NCBI GenBank assembly: GCA_040285855.1
Contig: JAUFOQ010000001.1
Coordinates: 1,488,001 to 1,552,000 of the forward strand
Direction of reading: 5' to 3'
DNA: 64,000 nt
DNA from: Eukaryota sp. GEM-RC1
Lineage: Eukaryota
Positions 47,853 to 59,383 of the stretch are shown one piece after another. Below the pieces are notes generated by a model, which worked only from the letters and a program-made list of their open reading frames with translations, was not told the DNA's origin and searched no databases. Both the position numbers and the translations under genes were made by a program. Position 1 is the first letter of the stretch. Each line of letters starts with the position of its first letter.

Positions 47853-48830
47853 TTGCTCACATCTCTTATTTCCTTTATGCCTTATAAAACTGATCTCCTT
47901 TTGCAATATCGTGATCTTCCACAACTTCGTAGAGACTTACGACACTTAGATGATGTTGCAGTCACTGATATAAAGCAGCTGAGATATCACACCACTGCTG
48001 ATACTAGAGTACGCGTCATGTACACTTACTTCTTCCTCGGCAAAACTCAGACAGTCATTGCACAGGTCTTCTGGGTACTTCAAACGACAATAAGTAACTG
48101 GATTAGGAAGTTGTTTGAGCCCAATGACGTAATGGTTGCAAAATCCAGAACTATATTGGACGAAGCTGATGGAACTTTTATTGAAGCTGTACTTACCCAA
48201 CGCCCTCTTCTCTTTCTACATGAAATCACTAAACTTGTCCACACCTACAGACAGAAGAAGGTCCATCCATCAACAATCCACAGGTCTTTAGTTCGTGAAC
48301 GAAAGTGGACCAGAAGAAGAGCTCAGGTTATCGTAAAACGTGCCAGAGCTTCGTTGATACACTTGTTTAGCACTACTTTCAGAAACAATTTTGGTGTTGT
48401 AGTACACAGACAGCTTATTTTTATTAATGAATTAAGCTTTAAAGTTGAATCTAGTCAACGAACGCATGGTAGATCTCCTAAAGAACAAATGGTTGCTGAA
48501 ACGAGATCGAAGTTTAAGGAACGCCAAGTAAGTTTTATGGTAGCTATGGGTGTAGACGGCTAAATTCACAGCATCTTGAAGCAAGGTCACTTTAGTCGTC
48601 ATGATTTCCTTCAATTTCTGTATACTTTGATGCGGTCTGGCTTGTTGGGAGTAAGAGGAGAGGTAGCAAAAATTGCATTGTTGTTCTTGACGGATGCAGG
48701 ATTCACGTTCATCGGAACATAAAGACGGCTGTGGAACTTTCGGGAGTGGATTATCTTATCATTCCCCCCTTACTGTCCTGAAATGATCCCAATCGAAGCT
48801 TTTTTTAAAGATTGGAGGTGTAAAGTGCGC
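47853..48830 (+). mobile_element. Degenerate IS630-Tc1-mariner transposase
   Basis: HTH region (QTVIAQVFWVLQTTISNWI; VHPSTIHRSL), FINELSF (first D lost), VVLDGCRIH, P.YCPEMIPIEAFF. Contains stops and frameshifts. Confidence 0.85.
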
Positions 48831-49393
48831 TGTACTTTTAACTCGAGATGCATACTCCAACTCTTTACCCCAAGTTTTTTCTCTCCTTCATTTCTCATTT
48901 TCTTCAAATAGGATCATTTGTTATAGATCTTTGATTCCTTAAGCTTACTCAATCGATCATTCTTTCGATCTGCTTATGTACCATAATAAACAACAATCTT
49001 TTCTGTACCTTTTCTTTCTGCTATGTCTGACGAGTCTCAACAAAACAACCCTCAAGTTGATGAACCACTTGAATATCTATCTCCTGGATTGGCTGAATTC
49101 CCTGGAGCAATGGTAGTAAAGGTTGGTTTATCATATTCTCTTATAACCGGGCCCAAACTAGATTGGGGACGAGTTCCCAACAACTGATGTCCCCAAGCAT
49201 CAGTTGTGTACATGTTCCAACCTGTTGTCTTACATAATTCTTTCTTGTTTTAGCTCTTTCCTTATCCTTATGATGGGCAAAAGCTCAGACCAAAGTCTGT
49301 AGTCTATTCATCTCTTCTCTTCTCTGGTTTGTAGTCTGTTGGATGATGTTTAGTCTGTTGTTCTTCATAAAGGTTTATTGGCCCAAATAGTGT

Positions 49394-49740
49394 CTACTGA
49401 ACACATTGTTTAAGGAAAAGATAGTGTTTAGAAGCTGTATCGAGATATGGGGAACGATATTGCTTGTATTGGCGATAACCAGCGTTGGCAAAGACTTTGC
49501 AGAAATCGTCGTCCATTTGTTGTTCAATAGCGTGACGGATAAGTGTAAACGTTGATTCCAATGGATGATGTAATACTGCAGTATTCACAAGTTTTCTAAG
49601 CATTCCGAAAAAGCACTCGATGGGATTCATCTCAGGAACGTAAGCTGGTAATATAAGATAAGCAAGCTTTAATGCCAAAGTAATGTTTCTGTGGATATGT
49701 ATCCGACAACCATCAAGTATCACAATAGATCTACAACTGC
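49394..49740 (-). mobile_element. Second IS630-Tc1-mariner remnant (C-terminal DDE part), convergent with the first
   Basis: IVILDGCRIHIHRNI...LPAYVPEMNPIECFFG. Degenerate inverted ends (TGCATACTCC...TTTACCCCA) at ~48848 and ~50205 may bound it. Confidence 0.75.
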
Positions 49741-50866
49741 AATTGGTCAGTTTGGTACATTGTACTGTCTACAAACACATCTTAGCTTCTTGTAGATGAT
49801 GATGAGTAAGATCAGTCTGATTTCATTATCATGTTTTGAGTTGCTATGCAAAAATGCAGTCAAAAATGACTGAAGACACAGCAGTGTATTACACGATCTG
49901 AGTTGTAGCAAACCAGCAGAGTTGTAGCAAACCTTAGTGTTTTCCTTTGGAGGATAAGATGTCAATGTGATGTATGTGTTGTAGGATGTTTGTACAACGC
50001 TGAGTTTATTCATGACATGGTTGAACACGGTTCACAATTCTAAGAACGAATACATGCAAACACGTCTCTATCTTGAAAGAAGCTCAACACTGGATATCAA
50101 AAGACGTATGGAATCCATCAAAGAAGGTATAAGTGTATCAGTTTGGGGATATGTGGTTATGGGGTGAAGAGTATTTGGGGTAAAATGATTTTTGGGGAGT
50201 ATGCACCCCAAATGAATTCCCCAGTAATGTTCTTGTGGCCTTTTAACAAAACTACATGTCTAATCCTGAACCTCCACTGAAGAGTAGTCATTCATTTGAT
50301 GATAATGTATGACTTACTACTAGCAGTTAAGTGTTCAATGTTTGCTCCTCTTCTGGTATCTCCTCCTCGCATCCTAACTCTGATACACTGTCTGGCTTGG
50401 TTCTCATTGCTTACGTCTTCCTCCAACTTCTTACGATTTCAGTGGTCTATATTGTTCTTGATCAATCTCCACTTGTTTGTTTTTTAAAGTCCTCAGCGTC
50501 AATCTTGGAGATCTTAGTCTTGCTCTTCGTCGTTTGAAGCAAGAATTGCACTCATTCTTTTCACAAGTTGGCCATGTGAACCACAGTTTCATCTTTCTTT
50601 TAAGCAAAGATCTCGGTCAAGTTAACTCAGTTGAATACAATACAATGGAAAGATGTTATTTATAATACAATTTAGATCATATTTAGTCCACGGACCAACG
50701 AATATGACCGATAGATAATCTGTAACAGAAACAAACAAATATCATAACAGTTGACATAAAAACCAGAATCGCAACTTTTAGAAGTCGATTGTTTAAGAAT
50801 ACATAAATTAATTAGAATCACCGCTTTAAATAAGGAAACTTAACCACAATGACAATGTCAGCAACT

Positions 50867-53077
50867 TTATTCAACGATTTCAAGTTCATGACTACCATAA
50901 TATAAGAAAGCCCATGGATAATAATTCCCACTACTTAATCTTGGAAGAGTTCCAGTAAGATTAATTGAAGAATTACTGAATGATTTGATTGTTAAGGTGT
51001 AATTACTTAGATTTACATTGATTTCGAGTAATTCACCTGGATTCCACTTAGCCTTGTTTCCTGAGAGACAACCATAACTTCGAGTGTCATTACAAAAACA
51101 GTGAAATTCATTCATAACATAACTACCACCACTAAACTTTGACTCGTCAATGACACCAACCCAAAGACTATTAGTATTCCCCTGGTACCTCAACTTCCAA
51201 GTATACACATTACCTGGAAGAAGTGGATCTTCTCCCAAGATATTTCTAAACCCATCACCACCACTTCCAACAACTCTCTGTCTATCCCCACTAACTTGTA
51301 ACCGAGAATGTTTCCTAGTTTGAGAGAATCTAATCATTTTTGATTGAGAGCTTATAGGTTTAGCAATTGATTGACTTTCTGCATTCGTTTTTACTTCCAG
51401 TAATTCCCCCTTCAATTTACTTATTTCAGTTTCCATCCGGGACTCAATTTGCTCAATTCGAGACTCAAATGATTCACGCAAATTCTCGACTTCAGAAGCG
51501 TGAGAGCTAGAAAAACTGATGTGATCTTTTAAATTGCCAATTTCCTCTCGTTGTTCTTCTGAAACTTGAATTAATTTTGGAACAATTACAAGTGAGTTGA
51601 ACTCCAAAAGAAAACGTCTTAATTCTTTTCTGATTTCAAAGGAGCTAATACTTGTACCAGTTGGTTAATTGGAGCAGAACTAAAATCTAAAGAATAACAA
51701 CAATTTTCAAATTCGTCAACATTCCAATTAGAATCCTTGTAAGCACTAACTAGATTTGAAGTAAACCACAAAACGTGTGAAGGAAGAACAATGGAGGATA
51801 ATTGAGAGAAATTTTTGGAGAACAAACAAGTTCTGGTAAACTCTCAATTGGAGTGGACTGTAAAAACTTGGGAAGTAAATTGGAAAGAATTGTCAATGTT
51901 GTGGTATCTTCAAGTAAATCTGCAGTTTTTAACAAGAAAAGAACCATTTACATGGTAATTTAGTAGCGGATTTATCAGAGTTCAAGATCTCTAAGCTCCA
52001 ATGGTAGAGGGTTTGTGTACACTCTGAATTATCAAATAAATCAACCAATATTTCAAATATTTGATCAAGTGGGACACCATTGGAAAAGCACCTTAAAATT
52101 GGAATAAGTTCTTCATGTGCAGAGGATTCTAAGTCATAGGAAACCACTACACATTTCAAAAGATAAAGATTATTAAAAACCTCAAGTTCCAACAGATTGA
52201 CAATAAAACTGAGTGGTAAATTAATTGGAGTTGAATCAGTGGTAATAGAAACTGAACTAAGAATGGATTTGAACTCATTGACAAAGTAAAAGTCATCCGC
52301 ATCGCCAGCTTTTTTGATTAGATTGATGACGTCATCAATGGTCAATGAAAAACTGGATATAAAAGCGATACAAAAGTTCTGCAGACACTCGACTTGGAAA
52401 TATACAGCGAGATGGAAAAATTCAAATATGTTGTTCACATTAAGGTCGATACTCTGACAATAGAAGAAGTCGAAGAACTTTTCATAAACTTCAATGGGGA
52501 AACCAAACTTTTGAGTAAAATCGTAATCATCGTCATTGTCCTCAGCCAATGGTCCAATAATTCTATTCTCAAAGAACTTAGACCAACAACAGAGCAACAT
52601 CGAGTGAACTGGAATCTTAGTACCTTTGAACTTAATGATGACGTCACCAGTTCTACTCTCCTTCAACTTATGGACAATATCGGAAGGTTTCAGCTTGAAG
52701 ACAAAGTCAGTCGCTAAACCACTGATAAGGCAAGACTGACAGACTGTGGATAAGGCGGGGTAGTTGAGATGAGATGAGAGGAAGATAAGGGGGCTGATGT
52801 TTGAAGTGTTTATTGTGAGTGGCTTGCCATAGAAAGTCTGAAGAACTGAATCGACCAAAGAATCGTCGACAGTGGGGATTTTGGGGATCTCGTATACATC
52901 ACTGCCTCTACTACGACTGGGTAAGGAATCAAGGAAGGAGCTGTGAAGGGAGACGATCACTCTATGGACAGGGAATTCTTGATCGTCATATGTGATAATG
53001 ATGTCTGTTAAAGAGGAAGATTCACGGAACTGATCGAGCTTTTGACAAAGAATAGTTGGAGTTGGGAGGTGGTCCAT
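50867..53077 (-). CDS. Tandem BTB-BTB - coiled-coil - SPRY protein (3 frameshifts, ~51.6-51.95 kb)
   Basis: Two BTB domains (TDIIITYDDQEFPVHRVIVSLHSSFL; GDVIIKFKGTKIPVHSMLLCCWSKFF), strongly diverged from copies A-D. Coil and SPRY cassette are in one frame in ORF 50867-51607. Confidence 0.85.
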
Positions 53078-53138
53078 AAGAACTGAGTTTTTGAATACAG
53101 TTGGTCTTGTGTTTTCTTTTCAGACTACTGTAAATTTG

Positions 53139-54070
53139 CATAGTTGCAAAATACACGGACAAAATAATAATACAATACAGAATACAAAAAATACAGAATA
53201 CAAAAATACAATACAGATACAGAATACAAATACAATACAGAATACTGTATTAAATGTGTATTTTTTCTTATAATTGCAAGTATTAAACAAAGTGTATTGA
53301 GTCCAACGACTGAAAACGGGATTGATCTTTAGTAGACCTCTTCGTTAGGCATTTTTAGACTTCTTTTGATTTATCAAGTCAATTGTTGTTTCGATTCTAA
53401 AACGCACCGAGGGTTCAAATGTTGATTTGGTCCACGAAAAGAACTTACGTGGATCTATACAATAATAAAAGGTGACTTTGGACGCTTTTTGTCTCGTACA
53501 TTAGTTGTAAATCGTCTTAATATACCGCTTCTAGGTGAAAATGTTTAAACTCGACATCATAGTCTCCAAAAACTACCCGTACAATCTTCAAAACAGGATC
53601 AAACTGAGTGTCGTGTAGTTCCTCTTATCAGCTAGAGGGTTTTGAATCTTAAAAAATTGACAGTAGTGAAACTAGATTGCACAACTTCAAGTGGTTTGGT
53701 ATTTTCAATTCTTTAGAATGAACATTATTAATTGTTTCTAAATTTTTGTTACTTGACTTTGATCGGTGTTTAGTCATCTAGCATACGCCGTTGACGTTCA
53801 GCAGACAATTGTACTAGTATTTCTGCAAGTTGTAAAAATATACATAGACCAATTGTATTACAGAATAGTATAATTGTTCAGCAAGATCCACCGTCGAGTG
53901 TTTCTCTCATTTACTTCAGTCATTTTCATCAATTGAAGGGATTTTCGGGCTGATAAAAAAATACAAAAAATACAAATACATAATACACTTTTCCACAGAA
54001 AAATACAATACATAATACAGAAAAAATACAGAATACAAAAAAATACTGTATTTTGTATTTTGCAACTATG
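53139..54070. mobile_element. hAT-type non-autonomous element (932 bp), 62 bp upstream of the BTB-BTB-SPRY gene
   Basis: Perfect TIR CATAGTTGCAAAATACA. Perfect 8-bp TSD TAAATTTG (53131-53138, 54071-54078). AATACA(G/A) subterminal repeats at both ends. Confidence 0.95.
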
Positions 54071-54867
54071 TAAATTTGTACAGAGTCGTCAATCTGGAAT
54101 ATTTATTACAAAAACAACACATTTTGAAACAGATCAAAATATGAATTATCACACTATTTTCTTTATACTATTCTGGTTACGTGTAGACTAAATAGTTTGG
54201 ATGAATGTTGTTTCTTAGTACGCTTAACAACAATATTAATGTTACAAACTTTATTGAACGACGTCAAATACAGTAACAACACGTCAACAAATCAAATGGT
54301 TTGTACACGTCTTTGTGATAAAAAATATATATAATGAAATGTTGTACATTGTATCCAGTTTCTGAAAACCGTCTACCCTTCAAGACAAATGTCCGTTGCT
54401 CTTGGTTACTTAACCTTAAACCAACTATTTTCATTGTTCTGTAACATAACTGAATGTATTTATGTGAGGTCTGTAATGTGCTTGAAAATTTAAAACGATG
54501 TAATAGTTGATGTCTGTGAAGTTATACATATTCATCATCTGAAGTGCCTTCTGATGACAACTTATTTTCTACCGTTTCATCATCGAATGATGGTATTCCT
54601 TGCTGCAGTAGTCAAACCCATCAATGATGTCCTGATCCTATGAAATATATAGCATATGATTTGGTAGAATACTGCTAAATTGTGTTGTTCAGTCGTTGTA
54701 ATGATGAATTATATAACAATCACTATTGAGGATTAGTTTACATATACCCGGCAAAATTGCACAACTGTGACGATTTCTATTATGTTTGTGCTACGTCTCA
54801 ACGTAACATTCTTGAACGCAAATTTAATTTCTATTGGTTGTCTTCAGAAACCGAATCTTCACTTTCC

Positions 54868-57348
54868 ATGGACATAACATCTCGTACGATCCAACAATCA
54901 TGTTGTAGTTGCCAAGAAACAGTTCTAGTGTTGATTCATTCACATCTGCTTAAACGTCTCTGTAGAGTCAATAGAGGTCAACTATCACTACCCTGTTTTA
55001 TGAGAGCGCTACCTAACTTCTTCACGAAAGTTGCTCAAGTTAGTCAGAGGTTCATGAAAATTATTGTTCCATCAGTCAACGTGATGCTTGGAAGCTGTGA
55101 GTTTGTCATTGCTTGCAAGGACCTCGAAAAACTTTTCGCCATTGCGTCGTCCTTTGGATTCAAAGTCAGTAATGTTTATTTGAAGATGGATGCACCATTG
55201 AGTCCTCTAGATTTGATTAACTATGCCCCATTTTGGTCAGGCTTAGAGCTACATTCCCATCATCTTTGTAGTTACGACTTCCAGTTCTCGCTCTTCTTCT
55301 ACCCTCGACTCCGACAACTTGAAATTTCAGCACCGACTGGTTTCCCTTTCCGCTCATTTGGCGATTCTCTTTTGAAATATCCCAATATTATAGACCTGTT
55401 GTTTGAGATTCCACATCTTTATAAGAATCAAGAGATTCTACATTTGTCAGAAATGATTTCGACACTGAGAATACCAACATTGGGAATTAACAAGCCTCAT
55501 GGTCTTCCGTCACAAACTGAGGAAGTCCAGAACATATTCCGCGCCATTGGATCTAATACATCAATTCAACGACTGTTTCTGCGATCATTTGTACTAACAT
55601 CTTCAGCAAGTATTGCTCCCATATTCAAATGTAATTCTCTGAAAACAGTTCGCTTTCCATTAAACGGTGGATTTGATTCTTCAGTAGTTGATTGTCTTCG
55701 AAACAATGCCACTTTACGACATATTATATTGAACAGATGCCAATCAAATTCAACAGAAATTGCAGAAGTTTTAAAATCCAATATCTACTTGAAGAAACTA
55801 GTAATCAAGCGGTGTTCATTTGATTTCATTCCACTTTTTCGTTCTCTTTTATTCAATAACTCTTTAAACGAATTAGAAATTCACGACTCACAGAAACCAC
55901 TTACTTGTAAAGAAGTAGATGCTTTAGTTGAAATGTTACAGCGCAATACTGGGTTATTTGTGTTAAACCTAGCACAATCAATCTTTAGGATACGTGATTT
56001 TGAACGAATACTGGGTGTTCTTGAAAACAATTCAATCCTAAAGAAAGTGTATTTTCCTTTCTTAGACTTTAAATCTTTAATTCTACTTTTCGAAAAAGTA
56101 GTTAACAACATCTCATTACCTCCTTATAATACTTACCCTAATTTGATTGATGTTACCCGTGGTTACATTAGACATCCGTATCTCGTCGATAATAGTTGTT
56201 TAGTTACACTGCTGGATGCACTGCAACGAAATGTTCCAATTAACCGTGTTAAATATCGTGGATTCAAGAATAGAAGTCTTGCGATGGTCACAACTCTTGT
56301 TCAAATCCGCTCCATTAATAGTTCGGTATTAAAATTTGATAATTTCGATCATCGTATTGACTTGAAAAGGGGATTGTTTGTATTTTCACCTAGAAGTGCC
56401 ACAAGAATAACTCATGAAGATATTGAATCTCTACAGTCATTTCTGCAGTGTTTCAGCTTCACACGGCTTGTATTTCAACGGTGTGACTTAGATAGGGTTA
56501 TCAGTTCGTTGTGCCATTTGATCAAGACCAATAATATGTTGACTTCTGTTCACTTCAACTCAGTCAATATAGTGGAAATTACCTGTATAATAGATGTTGT
56601 TTTCGCACATTCTATTGATGTTACACGTCGGTCAATATGTTATGAAAAGCCCAGTCAAAAATTCGATCTCGAAGTCGTTTTGTATGACCTCGAGTCAAAG
56701 GTTCCCATTAAACACGTGTATTGTCGTGGTTTCCAGAAGTATGATGAAAATATACACTTGCAACCACCTTGCCCGAAAAACAAATCCGCAGACTTTGCTG
56801 AAAAATTATATCACTGTATGGACATTGAAAACAAGACATTTACTTTCTCTCCTTTAGCAAGTAAGGAAATGACAAAATCTGTTGTTCATCAAATCTATCA
56901 TTTGATTGACTGGATTGGTATCAAAGATCTCAAATTTATGGATTGTAGATTTACTGATGATGTGTTGATTGCTATTTGTGAGTTAATCAAGGTCGATGCC
57001 TCAGTTACTACCATCGACTTCAGTGGCTGTCGTTTGTGTGACAGCCATTTTCAAGGAATCGTCACTGCTCTATTTACCAATTCTAGCATTGTAGAGTTCA
57101 ACTTTAGTCATAACTCCATAGGTGATTTGAGTGTAAGTCCATTATTGACCCTGCTGAAAACCAACACTATAATTGATAAGATCGATCTTAGTGACAATTT
57201 GTTTACTATCGACAGGTTGAAGACATTTGCTGAACTTGATAATAGAAATTCTTCTGTTACTGAGAACACTTTTGAAAGTTCCACTGATGTCCAGGAAAGT
57301 GAAGTAAATCTTGGAGGAAGTTTAAAAGGAAGAATTTTGTTTGATTAG
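54868..57348 (+). CDS. RNI-like leucine-rich-repeat protein
   Basis: Recurrent L..N..L..L.L units (GSNTSIQRLFL, RNNATLRHIIL, KSNIYLKKLVI, FTNSSIVEFNFSHNSIGD, KTNTIIDKIDLSDNLF). Intact, intronless ORF. Confidence 0.85.
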   Translation: MDITSRTIQQSCCSCQETVLVLIHSHLLKRLCRVNRGQLSLPCFMRALPNFFTKVAQVSQRFMKIIVPSVNVMLGSCEFVIACKDLEKLFAIASSFGFKVSNVYLKMDAPLSPLDLINYAPFWSGLELHSHHLCSYDFQFSLFFYPRLRQLEISAPTGFPFRSFGDSLLKYPNIIDLLFEIPHLYKNQEILHLSEMISTLRIPTLGINKPHGLPSQTEEVQNIFRAIGSNTSIQRLFLRSFVLTSSASIAPIFKCNSLKTVRFPLNGGFDSSVVDCLRNNATLRHIILNRCQSNSTEIAEVLKSNIYLKKLVIKRCSFDFIPLFRSLLFNNSLNELEIHDSQKPLTCKEVDALVEMLQRNTGLFVLNLAQSIFRIRDFERILGVLENNSILKKVYFPFLDFKSLILLFEKVVNNISLPPYNTYPNLIDVTRGYIRHPYLVDNSCLVTLLDALQRNVPINRVKYRGFKNRSLAMVTTLVQIRSINSSVLKFDNFDHRIDLKRGLFVFSPRSATRITHEDIESLQSFLQCFSFTRLVFQRCDLDRVISSLCHLIKTNNMLTSVHFNSVNIVEITCIIDVVFAHSIDVTRRSICYEKPSQKFDLEVVLYDLESKVPIKHVYCRGFQKYDENIHLQPPCPKNKSADFAEKLYHCMDIENKTFTFSPLASKEMTKSVVHQIYHLIDWIGIKDLKFMDCRFTDDVLIAICELIKVDASVTTIDFSGCRLCDSHFQGIVTALFTNSSIVEFNFSHNSIGDLSVSPLLTLLKTNTIIDKIDLSDNLFTIDRLKTFAELDNRNSSVTENTFESSTDVQESEVNLGGSLKGRILFD

Positions 57349-58858
57349 TTTTTTGGAATTGAGAATTAATTTTCCTTCAATTGTAGTGTTTGTGAGTGAT
57401 TTGACGCTGTTCAACATCAAATTATATATTAATTCGACTCTGTTAATTGATCTCATCTCAGCAAATGTTTCCTGATCTGCCTGTAACAAAATCTGAATTT
57501 CCCTATCTCTTAGGTTTAGGAAAAACTACCTGTAAATGTATGAACTGTTCTTAAAATGTATTCTTCTAAATAACTGTTAATGTTGCTCATAACAATTCTA
57601 TGTAATTTCCAACGTCTGTTGGCTTGTAAACTGGAGGTTTTGCCTTTTAGACATCAAACGAAGACCATTCAGGAGATAACATTTATCAGCCTATGCCTAC
57701 TTTGCAGCAAAGAAAAACAAATTCTAAGTAATTATTGTAACAATAACACAGTTTGAAACAGATCAAAAAGTAATACCGAGTCGCAAACCAAACAATGGCC
57801 AAACTAAAGAATCTGATCAGTAAAGCTTCAGGAATCGGAAAATTAATATTGTGGTTAACTGAACTTATCCATAATGATAATGATGTTTTGTATACTTTAT
57901 TGAGCAACCGCAAGTATATAGTAACAATACATCAACAAATCAAATGGTTTAATCCCAGTTTTAAAATGAGTATACACTAATTGCACCAATAGTTTCTAAT
58001 AATTTTCGTGAAACGTCTACACTTAAAAAACAAAATCTCTGCTGCTCTTCATTATCAAACCAAAAATTCTTCTATTCTGTGACAACGCTTAATGTATCCA
58101 CGTGAAGTGTTTACAGCAACAGTGTCAAATTTTCTTCAATATCATTATTGATATCAGTGTGCCAACTGCGTATTTTGAAACAATATTCATATCATCTAAT
58201 CTTTAGAAAATGGTTTAAAATGATTTTCCATCTTGATGTTGGACGCCCTCTAACAAACTATCCTGCTGCAAGAAAATGAGCATTTGATGTAATGAAAGTT
58301 AGTACAAAGCAGTACAACACTTTTGTCAAGGAATTGTAGTGAAGTGATTTACGACGCAGTGTAGTTGCAGTTACAGAGAAGTTTTCAATCACATTTAACG
58401 CTTCTGGTATGTTGTTGTTAGGACTCTACTGAAACTTTGTATTGCAATTATTTTATCTTACAATTTATTGCCATACTATTTCTGATATCCATGAAACCCA
58501 CACATCTCTGAAAAGAAGGAAGGTCTTGTTCATAACAAAAAACAAGAATTATCGGATGTTTTGCTATAAAATGTGTTGAAAGATTGGTTTGAACCACTGC
58601 AACTTGTGGTCTTGTGTCATGGGATATCGGCCGTGTCAGACGTGTTGACACGTGTCGATAGTCAATTTTGCGGTGTAAAAACGGCAACCCCTGATCTAGG
58701 GTGTTCCAAACAGCTGAACAACTCATACTCAACTCTTTACTGATGATTTTGTTCTGGCAACTTATTGCATTAAGTAAAGTGTTGTCTTGTTAAAACGAAT
58801 TCGTGAACATTGATCACTAATCACAAACATGTGATTTTGTTTTGATTTTGCTTGTTGC

Positions 58859-59383
58859 ATGAAAACTGTTTTTGTTATCACTCTACTTATAGCAGTGGCT
58901 TTTGCTGGCTGCAGATGTCCTGGTACTTGTTCATACGGATTCTCTGGATCTGCTGTGAAGTGTTTCTGATGGTGTCAAGAAACTGCCAATTCAATCCAAG
59001 CATCTTCTGATGCCACGTGTACTTATTTCCCTGGGACATCCTACGGCTTTGGCGGATGCTCTCTTTGTGCCTCTAACATCAACAGTCTCAGCGAAGACAC
59101 GTCATCAGAAAAAGTCTTCGAAAAGAGTCTGTCAGAAGCCATAATGGGAATCGGATCTAACAACTCCCATATCTTCCCCATTCGTCGTTGTAGATGCAAT
59201 GGAAACTGTAATTGGGGTTATTCCGGTAAATACGATCAGTGCTCATCTTGGGCTAAATCCCAGGCTTCGAGTTTCTTGAACGGACAATATACTATGACAT
59301 ATTATCCTCGTGGAACGTATTCGTCTGGAGGGTGCACTGTGTGTGGTCTAACAGATCCTTGTGAATACTTCTATGATCGTTAG
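58859..59383 (+). CDS. Secreted two-repeat cysteine-rich peptide precursor (174 codons) with one in-frame TGA at 58967
   Basis: MKTVFVITLLIAVAFA|GCRCPGTCSYGFSGSAVKCF*WCQE...TYFPGTSYGFGGCSLC - acidic linker - RR CRCNGNCNWGYSGKYDQCSSWAKS...TYYPRGTYSSGGCTVC. The ORF track shows only the second half. Confidence 0.8.

Noticed and set aside
53091..53273. 60-aa ORF with NTIQNT repeats
   Set aside because: It is a translation of the transposon's AATACA subterminal repeats.
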